From a virus, in the IMG/VR virus record IMGVR_UViG_2775507163_000001, positions 2,155 to 66,154 of that record: a DNA stretch of 64,000 bases. The stretch is one strand, 5' to 3'. Below are positions 1-8,891 of this stretch, piece after piece (position 1 is the stretch's first letter; every line of letters begins with the position of its first letter). A program made the position numbers and the translations under genes. The notes beneath the pieces are model-generated. The model ran no database searches. It had not been told where the DNA came from and saw only the letters and a list, made by a program, of their open reading frames with translations.

Positions 1-1
1 A

Positions 2-649
2 CAAACGGCAAATAGATTTATACAGGCTTTTGAACAGTTCGGTAACGGTACGACGTCGTACCATATTGAAAGTGGGAAAATTTTTGAGTTAATATCACTA
101 CCTGCTGAAGTGGATAGGGTTTCTTTCTTAAAAGAAGAGCACGTAATACCTTCTACAAAGGAGGTTAAGATGGTAGACGAAATGACCGTTCGCGAGCTAC
201 GCGAAGTCAAAAAAGCGCTAAAGGCAGCGGAAGCACAACGCGAGCTTGCCTTAAGAGACGCGCAAATCTTACGCGACACACTTGAATCAATCGAAGATAA
301 AGAGCCAGAAGTTGAAGTTCGTACCGAGTACGTTGAAGTTAAGGACGGAGCTGCGGAAGAAAAACTTCGTAAATATGAAGAACGATTCGGCGACATTGGT
401 GTTTATGAAGGTACTACGACAAGAGTAACGAATGGTGACGCAATAACTTACGCTGTATTCGAATTCTCTGAGGATGTCCGAAAATTCGTAGAAAAGTATA
501 GCCATCTGCCTCATTTCGCAAGAGAGTTTAGTGGAATGATAGGCGAAGGTAAGTCGGAATATCAGAATGCGATTCAGGCGATGTTTTCATTAATGAAGTC
601 GATCGAACGAAACTTATCCGAGGAAGACGTACTAATAATTAACCAATAA
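2..649 (+). CDS. DUF3102-like phage protein, 5' partial
   Basis: Frame of ORF 110..649 is open back to base 2 ([14 protein letters not shown]...KIFELISLP...EMTVRELRE), resembling DUF3102 proteins. Confidence 0.6.
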   Translation, partial: QTANRFIQAFEQFGNGTTSYHIESGKIFELISLPAEVDRVSFLKEEHVIPSTKEVKMVDEMTVRELREVKKALKAAEAQRELALRDAQILRDTLESIEDKEPEVEVRTEYVEVKDGAAEEKLRKYEERFGDIGVYEGTTTRVTNGDAITYAVFEFSEDVRKFVEKYSHLPHFAREFSGMIGEGKSEYQNAIQAMFSLMKSIERNLSEEDVLIINQ

Positions 650-663
650 AAGGAGCGATTAAT

Positions 664-1161
664 ATGTTGAGTTTAAAAAACGTAAAAAATGGTGGAGTAG
701 CAATTGTTTTCGGAAAAGAATTCGCAGAGGAAGCGCGAATGTTGTTTCCGGCAATTTCGGCGAAAATATTCGGTTTTGAAAAATTAACGGCACTACCTGA
801 AAAGAAAGAATCTTCTTTGTTAGAGATTAAGCAGAAGGTTGAAGGATGTGGTTTGCCGAAGCCGTCCGTTCAGTTGAGTATTGAAAAACTCGAACCATCT
901 AAGCCGGACTTCTCAGTGTACGTAAAACAATACGTTGACGAAGAATCTAAACAAATGCTCGCTTACAAAAGAATTTACGCTGAAATATATGCGCGAACAG
1001 GTTTAAAAGTAAACGAGGAAAAGAAAAAGATGATCGCTGCGAGAAAAGAAAAGCCTCACGGAATGAGAGGTCCTCAAATATGGGCGAGCGATGTTATAAG
1101 AGCTTTAGGCCTAAATGACTTAGCGTTAGAAATCGCTAAGCAGGTTGTTAAAGAAGTCTAA
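664..1161 (+). CDS. hypothetical phage protein
   Basis: 165 aa ORF with AAGGAG RBS, in operon. Confidence 0.75.
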   Translation: MLSLKNVKNGGVAIVFGKEFAEEARMLFPAISAKIFGFEKLTALPEKKESSLLEIKQKVEGCGLPKPSVQLSIEKLEPSKPDFSVYVKQYVDEESKQMLAYKRIYAEIYARTGLKVNEEKKKMIAARKEKPHGMRGPQIWASDVIRALGLNDLALEIAKQVVKEV

Positions 1162-1173
1162 GGAGGCGCAATA

Positions 1174-1563
1174 ATGTCCGACAAACATCTCGTATCAGTC
1201 GAAACTCAATCTGAAATATCGCTCACCACCGGAAAAAAGGAAACGCGCATCTTCGTTAAAATGTACGTCGAAGCCGTCCACAGCGGACTAATCGCCGACA
1301 TGGGACCGGAACGCTGGCAGACACTTTGCGTAATAGCAGCGTTTATGGACGAAAAAGGCGAATGCTATCCGACACAATATGCGATAGCCCAACGATTAAA
1401 TGTCGCCAGAGAAACGGCAAACAGGCGCATCAAGTCGCTATGTGATTATCGCTGGCAAGGGCGGGCGGTCGTTCAGAAGGTTCAGTCGCGGGATCACGAT
1501 AAGCAAACGTGGGATAACGTCAGGTATACGATATTGCCGATAAGTGGGCTCGAGATATTCTAA
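1174..1563 (+). CDS. helix-turn-helix replication initiator-like protein
   Basis: AAGGAGG RBS; CYPTQYAIAQRLNVARETANRRIKSL winged-HTH typical of phage replication proteins; upstream of DnaC-like loader. Confidence 0.65.
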   Translation: MSDKHLVSVETQSEISLTTGKKETRIFVKMYVEAVHSGLIADMGPERWQTLCVIAAFMDEKGECYPTQYAIAQRLNVARETANRRIKSLCDYRWQGRAVVQKVQSRDHDKQTWDNVRYTILPISGLEIF

Positions 1564-1642
1564 CGTCACACGGTAAGCGTCACTCGGCGGACGTCACATA
1601 AACAATAACCATAATAACGAGAGCCATTATAACGAGAGCCAT
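1564..1642 (+). repeat. iteron-like short direct repeats, candidate replication origin
   Basis: CGTCAC at 1564, 1578, 1592 (14-nt period); ATAACGAGAGCCAT at 1614-1627 and 1629-1642. Confidence 0.5.
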
Positions 1643-1725
1643 AAAACATTGCGCTAGATAGAAAAGCACTATCTATCGCTACGATTATAAGAATAAAAGA
1701 TATTGCGAAAAGGGGATAGTCGAAA

Positions 1726-1956
1726 ATGAATAATAAGATAAGAGTTCCGAAACAAGTCGCAGCCGCCATCGCCCACTACGTCGCCCTAGCCGATTCCAAA
1801 ACGCAAGCCTTCACGGACATCCTAGCGCTAGGCTACGAGGCTGCCCAATCCGAAGTCATCCTGCGCCATTTCGACCACGATTACGACGAACTGATGGAGG
1901 CGCTGATTTGCGGATATGAGGTGGCGGAAGATTGGAGTGGGAACTTTGAAAAATAA
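1726..1956 (+). CDS. hypothetical phage protein
   Basis: 76 aa, AAGGGG RBS. Confidence 0.7.
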   Translation: MNNKIRVPKQVAAAIAHYVALADSKTQAFTDILALGYEAAQSEVILRHFDHDYDELMEALICGYEVAEDWSGNFEK

Positions 1957-2593
1957 CTATATTACAAAAGGCGATGTTACAGAAATCGAGTTAAATCACC
2001 GCTCAAAAGGTAAGTTTATCGCTTTAATAGATACCGAAGATTTACCTATAGCGAGTAGCATCCTGAATTCATGGTGCGCGAATGTAAACTACAGAGATAA
2101 AGTATACGTCGCAACAACTCAGAAAGGTAAAAACGTTAAGTTACACAGATTGATAATTGAGTGTCCGGAGGATAAACAAGTAGACCATATAAACGGGAAT
2201 CCTTTAGATAACCGTAAAGTAAACTTAAGAGCAGTTACTCCTTCTGAGAATCAACTTAATAGACAAAAGGCACAGTCCAACAGTAAGAGTGGTGTACGAG
2301 GTGTTTCTTGGGATAAGGAACGGAATAAATGGAGAGCGATTATACGAGTAGAAGGAAAGCAAAGATATTTAGGGCACTATCTAGCATTAGATGAAGCCGA
2401 AAGAGCGGTTAGGGTGTTTTTATTTAAAAATGTAATTATACCTGAAGAAATAAGACTACCACTACAGAAATATTATAAGTATCTTTCCGAATCAACCCCA
2501 GACGAATATACTATCGGGCAGATGGACGGTGTAATGGCAACGCTTGACATTCTCGGTCTTAAAATCGCCGGCATTAATGGAGGTGAGTGCTGA
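1946..2593 (+). CDS. HNH endonuclease with AP2-like DNA-binding domain
   Basis: LHRLII...VDHINGNPLDNRKVNLR HNH motif then SGVRGVSWDKERNKWRA; TTG start after GGAGTGG. Confidence 0.85.
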   Translation: MKNNYITKGDVTEIELNHRSKGKFIALIDTEDLPIASSILNSWCANVNYRDKVYVATTQKGKNVKLHRLIIECPEDKQVDHINGNPLDNRKVNLRAVTPSENQLNRQKAQSNSKSGVRGVSWDKERNKWRAIIRVEGKQRYLGHYLALDEAERAVRVFLFKNVIIPEEIRLPLQKYYKYLSESTPDEYTIGQMDGVMATLDILGLKIAGINGGEC

Positions 2594-2985
2594 TGGCAAC
2601 GAAAAAGCCTAACGTTAAAGATTGGCGCAACCTACCGAAGGAATCCTGGACCGTAACCACCTTTCGCCAATTCCTCTACGATCAGCACGAAGCAAAATAC
2701 GGAATCAAATATACAACGCGCAGCTTTGCGATTGAAGGGCGATGGATTAAGGCGATGGTGGCGGAACACGGGGCGGAAGTAGTTAAGGCATTTATCGAAG
2801 GCTGCCTCGCTGAATATAAGCCGACGCGGGATTATCCTGGGCTTAACTTTTCGTTTATGTTTACGTATCAGAGGGCTCGAGTGCTTCCTAGGGTGCTGGC
2901 TGAAGTGAAACGAAAAGAACAGGCCGAAGCACGTCGCAATCACACACCGCAAGAATCAATCGAAGATATTACCGAATGGCTATAA
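2593..2985 (+). CDS. hypothetical replication-associated protein
   Basis: GGAGGTG RBS, TGATG overlap, directly before the loader ATPase. Confidence 0.7.
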   Translation: MATKKPNVKDWRNLPKESWTVTTFRQFLYDQHEAKYGIKYTTRSFAIEGRWIKAMVAEHGAEVVKAFIEGCLAEYKPTRDYPGLNFSFMFTYQRARVLPRVLAEVKRKEQAEARRNHTPQESIEDITEWL

Positions 2986-3000
2986 AGGAGGTGAACGCTA

Positions 3001-3774
3001 TTGACTAACGAAAAATCATGCCTTCTCGCTAGTCGGTGTAAAATCGCAGGGTCAGAACACTGTACACGCCAATGTCCACACGCCATAGCAATGCACGGTT
3101 TAAGCGGACTAGGAGGGCGCTCAGCGTCGGCAAATGTTCCGAGGGACTATCGCTTAGTCACCGTTGAAAACTCGCCAGCAAGGGCGTCTCAGGCAGGCGT
3201 GTATAAGGCTATCGATGCTTACATTAAGACGTACGAAAGGCAATTCGACGAGAACGGCGAAAGGATAAAGTCGTTATTCCTTTGGAGCGCAAATACCGGT
3301 ACGGGAAAATCAACGACGGCCAGTGCTGCACTGAACGAATATTTAATAACGCATTATCTCGGCAGCATTAAAAGAGGACGACAAGCGCTTCAAAATCCTG
3401 CGTACTTTTTATCGGTGAATAATTTGCAGCAGACGCATAATAAAACGCATTTACCTGCGTCATTATCAACGAAAGAGAAACTCGGCGAGGAATTGATACG
3501 CGATATTGAACGAGCAAAGACTACGCCGTTTTTAGTAATGGATGACATTGCAGTTCGCAAAGCTACGACCTCCTTTGCGGGTATCTTATACGATATTTGC
3601 GATTACAGAACATCGAATCGCTTACCTACTATCTATACGTCCAATAAGTCGCTTGATGACTTACGCGAGTTTTTTATCGATGAAGATCCGGAAGGTAAAA
3701 TCGTAGATCGTATTTCTGACATGGCTGCCGTACTCGAATTCAGCGGAGATTCAAAAAGGGGGATGAGGCGATGA
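3001..3774 (+). CDS. DnaC/IstB-like helicase loader ATPase
   Basis: Walker A SANTGTGKST, Walker B LVMDD, TIYTSN and IVDRI motifs. Confidence 0.85.
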   Translation: MTNEKSCLLASRCKIAGSEHCTRQCPHAIAMHGLSGLGGRSASANVPRDYRLVTVENSPARASQAGVYKAIDAYIKTYERQFDENGERIKSLFLWSANTGTGKSTTASAALNEYLITHYLGSIKRGRQALQNPAYFLSVNNLQQTHNKTHLPASLSTKEKLGEELIRDIERAKTTPFLVMDDIAVRKATTSFAGILYDICDYRTSNRLPTIYTSNKSLDDLREFFIDEDPEGKIVDRISDMAAVLEFSGDSKRGMRR

Positions 3775-4328
3775 GCGACGAACAAAACGAAAACGAAATT
3801 TACTTCAATTTCTTCGACTTAGTCCGAGTGGACGGTTACTGGCCGAGAGTATTCCGCGTTGACGGATACCACACGGACACTTGGCGCTATCCTAACGAAA
3901 CATGGACAGAAACGGTCTACGAATTGGTAGATGCGCACAGCGGCGAATTCTTGGAGGCAGACGTCGAGGACTTAACGCTAGTGGAAACGGCAGACAAGGC
4001 GGACGCTTGGCTGGCGGCGAATCCTGCACCGACGGGCGCAAGTAAGCCGTTAGACACAAGCGAATGGGCAATCGATATTTCAAAATATTTCGGAGGTGTA
4101 ATGAATATGGCGAAAAAGGAACCACGCAAGCCGACGGCAAGGGAGTTAAGCGCACAATTGGCGAAGGAAGCGAAGGCGGCACGGAAGAAGCGCGGCGAGC
4201 AGATTGATAACTTGCTAGACTTGCGGAATTGGGCTGCGGATATGTTGGCGAAGACGAATGATGAGGCGTATGGGGATCGCGTGATGGCGATAGATGCGAA
4301 ATTGAAGGAGATAGTTGAGACGGAATAG
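3771..4328 (+). CDS. hypothetical phage protein
   Basis: 185 aa, ATGA overlap with upstream gene. Confidence 0.7.
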   Translation: MSDEQNENEIYFNFFDLVRVDGYWPRVFRVDGYHTDTWRYPNETWTETVYELVDAHSGEFLEADVEDLTLVETADKADAWLAANPAPTGASKPLDTSEWAIDISKYFGGVMNMAKKEPRKPTARELSAQLAKEAKAARKKRGEQIDNLLDLRNWAADMLAKTNDEAYGDRVMAIDAKLKEIVETE

Positions 4329-4365
4329 ACAAAAATTGTGACTTAACGAAAGGGGAACGAATTAA

Positions 4366-5355
4366 TTGAGGAAAAAGTTACTAGGGAGTTTGGAGTTAAA
4401 CCGGATATATCAAATGGACTGCTTAGAAGGAAGCAAACTTATCGAAAATGAAAGCGTGGATTTGATACTGACTGACTTGCCCTACGGAAATATGAATACT
4501 GATGGCGGACGAAAGCTCGGAATTAACGGATGGGATCACGCTATTGAGCCCGCGAAAGTGTTCGAAATTGCTAATCGTGTTTTGCGGAAAAATGGCAAAA
4601 TGATTCTGTTCAGTCAAGAGCCTTACACTACCGAATTAATAAACTGTGCGATACCTAATTTACCATTTTCATATCGCGCTATATGGGAAAAGGACAATTT
4701 CGCTAATGCTCTCGGCGTGAATAAAGCGATGGTTAGTTTCTATGAGGATATTCTTATATTTAGTAAGAATGACTATCACGAAGCTAAACACCCATTAAGA
4801 GAGACTATGAAAAAATATTTAGAAAAGTATGGCAGGGACTACATCTTCGACTTATTCACTAAGGAAGGAAGGTACTCAAAACGCACAGTCGCGAAGGTAC
4901 ACGCCTCGTTTAAATTCGGATTTAACAGTGGCAGGTTCGATTTTATGGATTATAAAATGTACGAGTTTTTGAGTAACTATATCCAGTTTGAAGAAACCTA
5001 CGAACAGTTGAAAGCAATAGACACCGTGTATAAACAAAGTTATTCCAGCACATTCAATCTCTGGGAAGGAAATAAATTTAAGTCAAATATCCTTAAATAC
5101 AAGAAGGATTATGATGGATTTCACCCAACGCAAAAGCCTGTATTATTGCTTGAAGACTTAATAAAGACGTTCAGCAATGATGGCGATATAGTAGTCGATT
5201 TAACCTGCGGAAGTGGGTCGACTTGTGTAGCTGCCGCAAGAGTTGACCGCAACTTTATCGGATTTGAATTGGAAACGGAATATGTCCGCATTGCTAACCA
5301 ACGCTTAGAAGTGATACAGGACGAAACGGCTGAACGGAAATTAACTGAAGAATAG
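4366..5355 (+). CDS. DNA methyltransferase, N4-C/N6-A beta class
   Basis: ILTDLPY motif IV, HPTQKP, VVDLTCGSGST motif I, FIGFELE. Confidence 0.9.
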   Translation: MRKKLLGSLELNRIYQMDCLEGSKLIENESVDLILTDLPYGNMNTDGGRKLGINGWDHAIEPAKVFEIANRVLRKNGKMILFSQEPYTTELINCAIPNLPFSYRAIWEKDNFANALGVNKAMVSFYEDILIFSKNDYHEAKHPLRETMKKYLEKYGRDYIFDLFTKEGRYSKRTVAKVHASFKFGFNSGRFDFMDYKMYEFLSNYIQFEETYEQLKAIDTVYKQSYSSTFNLWEGNKFKSNILKYKKDYDGFHPTQKPVLLLEDLIKTFSNDGDIVVDLTCGSGSTCVAAARVDRNFIGFELETEYVRIANQRLEVIQDETAERKLTEE

Positions 5356-5385
5356 ACAAAAATTGTGTCGTTAGGAGGAGAGGAA

Positions 5386-5580
5386 ATGAAAATTAAAAAG
5401 GAACATTTAGACATTCCGTTTTGTTCACTGATAGTAGGTGCGACAAATGATGAATCACCAAGAGAATTCATTAGAAACAGTGAAAGAGAGTTTGGAATGT
5501 CAATGGCTGATATTGATAATATGTCAGAAGAAGAACTTAATGGTTATATCGAACACTTGGATTATTTGTGGGATAAATAG
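5386..5580 (+). CDS. small acidic hypothetical protein
   Basis: AGGAGAGG RBS, ATG at 5386. Confidence 0.65.
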   Translation: MKIKKEHLDIPFCSLIVGATNDESPREFIRNSEREFGMSMADIDNMSEEELNGYIEHLDYLWDK

Positions 5581-5639
5581 TCGCACTTCGAACATATTGC
5601 GACCAAAATAACCAAAAATCGGTAAAAATGTATTTCGTA

Positions 5640-5668
5640 TTCACGGGACTTACGGACTATGCTAGTAT
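5640..5668 (+). promoter_or_regulatory. sigma-A-like promoter for the helicase
   Basis: TTCACG-17 nt-TAGTAT with TG extension, upstream of GGAGGTG RBS. Confidence 0.55.
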
Positions 5669-5689
5669 AAAAATTACGGAGGTGAGCGA

Positions 5690-7042
5690 ATGCACTATAC
5701 GCAAATGCTACTGAGCAAGGCGATCGACGATAACAACGTCCAGGCGCTAACAAAATACGGCATTACAGCGAAGGATTGTGCGACGGAGGGTGATAGGCAG
5801 ACCCTCCGGTATATCCTCGATTATGCCGAGAAGAATCGCGGGCAGGCGCCCGGCTACGCAACAGTTACGGCGGAGTGTCCGGACTTCGTCTACACGCCGC
5901 AGGTGGGCGACAGCTACGAGTTTTTAGCGCGCGAAATAAAGAAGCACTCGGCAAAAGTGCAATTTGCGGAACTGGTTAACGGCAAGCTCGGCGAACAATT
6001 CGAAAATGTCGGACAAAAAGATATATTTAAGATGTTCGAATGGTTGCAATCCGAAGTCGAAAGTATTAAACTAAGAACAAGCGTTCGTAGTAAAATAGGA
6101 ACGGACATCAAATCGGACGCCGAAGCGTTCCTTGCCGAATACCGCAGGCGAAAAGACGGCGAATCCTTCAAAATATGGCGTAGCAAGTTTCCGTCCATAA
6201 ACGAACAAATTGGCGGATATCTCAGCGGTAACATGTATACATGGCACGGGCGATCAGGACGCGGTAAGTCGGTATTTACGATGGAGGAAGCGATTGAGGC
6301 AGCGGTCCAAGGCGCTAACGTACTCGTCTGGGCGATGGAAATGTCGCGCTTTGAGTGGATGGCGCGAGCCTATTCGGCAATCAGCGCCAGGGCAGGCATT
6401 GTCAACGCCAACATCGACGGCATTGATTACGAGGCAGGCTTCGAAAATCGAGCGTTGTTAACCGGCAAGCTGTCGGACGAATTCGAGGCGGGCTTCGAAA
6501 TATTCTTATCGCAAATGGCGGAAGGAGAGCACTTGGCGGGCAATATTACGCTGAGAGCTGCTGATGATGCCGACTTCTTTACGCGAGATGTGAAGCAGTT
6601 GGAGGCGGATATCCTTGCGACAAAGGCTGACGTCGTGGTCGTCGATCCGATTTACCTGATGGATTACGAGGCCAATACGTCAAAGGTTGCCGGCGGTGAT
6701 GTCGCCAATACTTCGAAGAGGATTCGGAGGCTGGCCGGACTGACTGGCGCCGTGATTCACGTTATTACTCAGGCGGACGAAGTGAAGGATGATAGGGATG
6801 ACGAAGGCAATCGTGAGTTAAGGGCTCCCAAAAGGGCGGAGATAAAAAAGACGAAAGCGGTCCTCGAGGATGCTGCGAATGTATTCGGCATTGATACGTT
6901 GGATGGCGCTGGGATCATCGAGATTGGCAAAGGGCGAAACGGCGGTGAGGGTACGCAGGTCGAAGTGTTGTATCTGCCGAATTACGGAATAGTTCGCGAG
7001 GTGGAAACCGGAGAGGCGGCCGTGAGTCAGTTCGATTTTTAG
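5690..7042 (+). CDS. dnaB: DnaB-like replicative helicase
   Basis: Walker A GRSGRGKS, VWAMEM, VVVDPIYLM, HVITQA, EIGKGRNG. Confidence 0.9.
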   Translation: MHYTQMLLSKAIDDNNVQALTKYGITAKDCATEGDRQTLRYILDYAEKNRGQAPGYATVTAECPDFVYTPQVGDSYEFLAREIKKHSAKVQFAELVNGKLGEQFENVGQKDIFKMFEWLQSEVESIKLRTSVRSKIGTDIKSDAEAFLAEYRRRKDGESFKIWRSKFPSINEQIGGYLSGNMYTWHGRSGRGKSVFTMEEAIEAAVQGANVLVWAMEMSRFEWMARAYSAISARAGIVNANIDGIDYEAGFENRALLTGKLSDEFEAGFEIFLSQMAEGEHLAGNITLRAADDADFFTRDVKQLEADILATKADVVVVDPIYLMDYEANTSKVAGGDVANTSKRIRRLAGLTGAVIHVITQADEVKDDRDDEGNRELRAPKRAEIKKTKAVLEDAANVFGIDTLDGAGIIEIGKGRNGGEGTQVEVLYLPNYGIVREVETGEAAVSQFDF

Positions 7043-7177
7043 TGGATGGGTAAAATAATCTGCAATTGGATGGTGTGTTCCATTTGTAGGTATGTTAAGT
7101 TCGTTCTACAAAAGAACAAATTTGGAATTTTTATTACAAAATAGTTACAAACGACATAAATCGACAAGTTTCACCTA

Positions 7178-7246
7178 TTTACACATCGTTTAGACAGGCG
7201 TAATATTATAAAGTACTCAAACATGTATATTCAAGTTTTTGAATAT
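7178..7246 (+). promoter_or_regulatory. sigma-A-like promoter plus downstream palindrome before primase
   Basis: TTTACA(7178)-17 nt-TAATAT(7201); inverted repeat ATATTCAA-N4-TTGAATAT at 7227-7246. Confidence 0.5.
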
Positions 7247-7267
7247 TTAGATGCGGAGGCATGCACG

Positions 7268-8275
7268 ATGGAACCAATACGAATACGCGGTCAGGACGTG
7301 GCGGTCGACATCCGCACCGAGCTCGAGCAATTTAATTGGGTGCGCCCGAAATGGTCGTCAGATAAGCTGATAGCAGCGAGCCCCTTCCGTTACGACAAAA
7401 CGCCGAGCTTCTTCGTTAACTTCACCGGTCAGTATGCCGGATGTTGGGGCGACTCAGGCGCATATGACGCGGAATGGGCGAGCGGCAATTTCACGAAACT
7501 ATTAAGCTTTCTTCGCAACGAAACGTATGAGGAAACCGAGGAGTACTTGCTCGGAGAATACGGTATAAACGATAGCCAAACCAATGTAATCACGCTCCGA
7601 CCGGTCCGGCTTCAAGTTCAGCGATCTAGGCAGTCGCTGAGCGCTAGTATTCTCGCAAACTATACGGAAGACTATGCGTATCTGAAATCGCGCGGCATTA
7701 GCGAGGAAGTCCAAAGGCAAATGGGCGTTCTTTATGACCGCGAAAGCAGAGCGGCAGTTATTCCGTGGTGCTCTCCGAAAAAAACTTTAGAAAGTGTGAA
7801 GTACCGCACAGTCTACGGGAAAACTTTCTGGTATCATAGGGGCGGGCGACCTATTCGCGAGTTAGTTTACGGAATTGACCAGGCGGAAGCGACAACGGTA
7901 ATCTGTGAGGCGGAAATCGACGCAATGAGCTGGCTTCAAGCGGGCTATAGTGCGGTAGCGGTTGGCGGCGCTAATTTTAACGCACAGAAGCGCGATTTAC
8001 TCTTGCGTTCGAAAATTTCAGAATTAATCATCTGTTGCGACAACGATAAAGCAGGCGGCAAACTGCGTCGGGAAATTGAAGCGGCGATGAAAGGGCATGT
8101 GCGCGTGAGGCAGGCGTATGTGAGAGCGGATGGCCACAATGACGGCTTTTTCGTCAAGGACGCCAACGAGGCGCTAGTGAAGTACGGAGTGAGTTCCTTG
8201 CGTGAGGCGGTTGAGGAAGCGAAAATTTCGGATCAGTTGTACGTGAATTTACGTACCTTTGGTCGGGGTAGGTAA
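7268..8275 (+). CDS. dnaG: DNA primase (TOPRIM)
   Basis: PFRYDKTPSF N-terminus, VICEAEIDAMS and ICCDNDKAG TOPRIM motifs, KDANEAL; ATG 7268 after GCGGAGG. Confidence 0.85.
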   Translation: MEPIRIRGQDVAVDIRTELEQFNWVRPKWSSDKLIAASPFRYDKTPSFFVNFTGQYAGCWGDSGAYDAEWASGNFTKLLSFLRNETYEETEEYLLGEYGINDSQTNVITLRPVRLQVQRSRQSLSASILANYTEDYAYLKSRGISEEVQRQMGVLYDRESRAAVIPWCSPKKTLESVKYRTVYGKTFWYHRGGRPIRELVYGIDQAEATTVICEAEIDAMSWLQAGYSAVAVGGANFNAQKRDLLLRSKISELIICCDNDKAGGKLRREIEAAMKGHVRVRQAYVRADGHNDGFFVKDANEALVKYGVSSLREAVEEAKISDQLYVNLRTFGRGR

Positions 8276-8306
8276 CGCTCTGTTCCGTTACTTACCTTTC
8301 CTTTTT
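8267..8306. terminator. hairpin between convergent primase and XRE genes
   Basis: GGTAGGTAACG / CGTTACTTACC stem followed by TTTCCTTTTT. Confidence 0.6.
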
Positions 8307-8530
8307 CGCTTGCGTTCGGACGGATCGACATAAACCCATTCGTAAAGATCGGTGATTTCGCAGCCGAGTATTTCAGCGAGATTCATTGCGCTATCGAGTT
8401 CCATTACGTTGCGTTTATTTTCCCAGCCGGAAATCGTCGATTTCGACTTTCCGATTCGGTCGCCGAGTTGTGTTTGCGTAAGACCGCGGGATTTCCGTAT
8501 GTTCCGAAGCAAGCACTTTCCGACCGCAAT
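8288..8530 (-). CDS. XRE-family HTH transcriptional regulator
   Basis: LRNIRKSRGLTQTQLGDRIGKSKSTISGWEN classic XRE HTH; start probably ATT at 8530 behind GAGGTGA RBS (ORF track uses TTG 8512). Confidence 0.85.
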   Translation of the reverse strand: MAVGKCLLRNIRKSRGLTQTQLGDRIGKSKSTISGWENKRNVMELDSAMNLAEILGCEITDLYEWVYVDPSERKRKRKGK

Positions 8531-8566
8531 CGTGGCGCTTCACCTCGCAAAAACGTATGTATTTAA

Positions 8567-8788
8567 TTATTTCGACTTGGAGCCGTCAGGAGTGAAGCGA
8601 ACTACTGCTTCGATAGGGACGTCCAGAAATAAGCAAATCTTTTCGACGGTACTTAGGTTGACGTCGCCATCACGATTAATGGCGGCGATTGTTTTCTGAT
8701 GAAGGACTATGCCACGCATGTCGCTAATCACCATCTTTTTCTCAGTTAAGGTTTTACGAAGTGGCGAAAAATCTATCATTTTAACCAT
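8567..8788 (-). CDS. Cro/C1-type HTH regulator
   Basis: DFSPLRKTL...TIAAINRDGDVNLSTVEKICLFLDVPIEAVV; divergent from aimR. Confidence 0.8.
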   Translation of the reverse strand: MVKMIDFSPLRKTLTEKKMVISDMRGIVLHQKTIAAINRDGDVNLSTVEKICLFLDVPIEAVVRFTPDGSKSK

Positions 8789-8803
8789 TTCCTTCCTAAT
8801 TTT

Positions 8804-8835
8804 ATGTATACTTTAGTGTACATTCGTGGTACAAT
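8804..8835 (+). promoter_or_regulatory. imperfect palindrome overlapping the aimR promoter
   Basis: ATGTATACTTTAGTGTACAT (8804-8823) followed by extended -10 TGGTACAAT (8827-8835). Confidence 0.55.
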
Positions 8836-8891
8836 TCAATTATAACAGACAACGGAAAAATTTAACATCATTTTTGAAAGGGGATTTCCGA

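Noticed and set aside
1561-1645. Clustered in-frame TAA codons as stop-codon reassignment
   Set aside because: TAA ends many normal genes throughout the window
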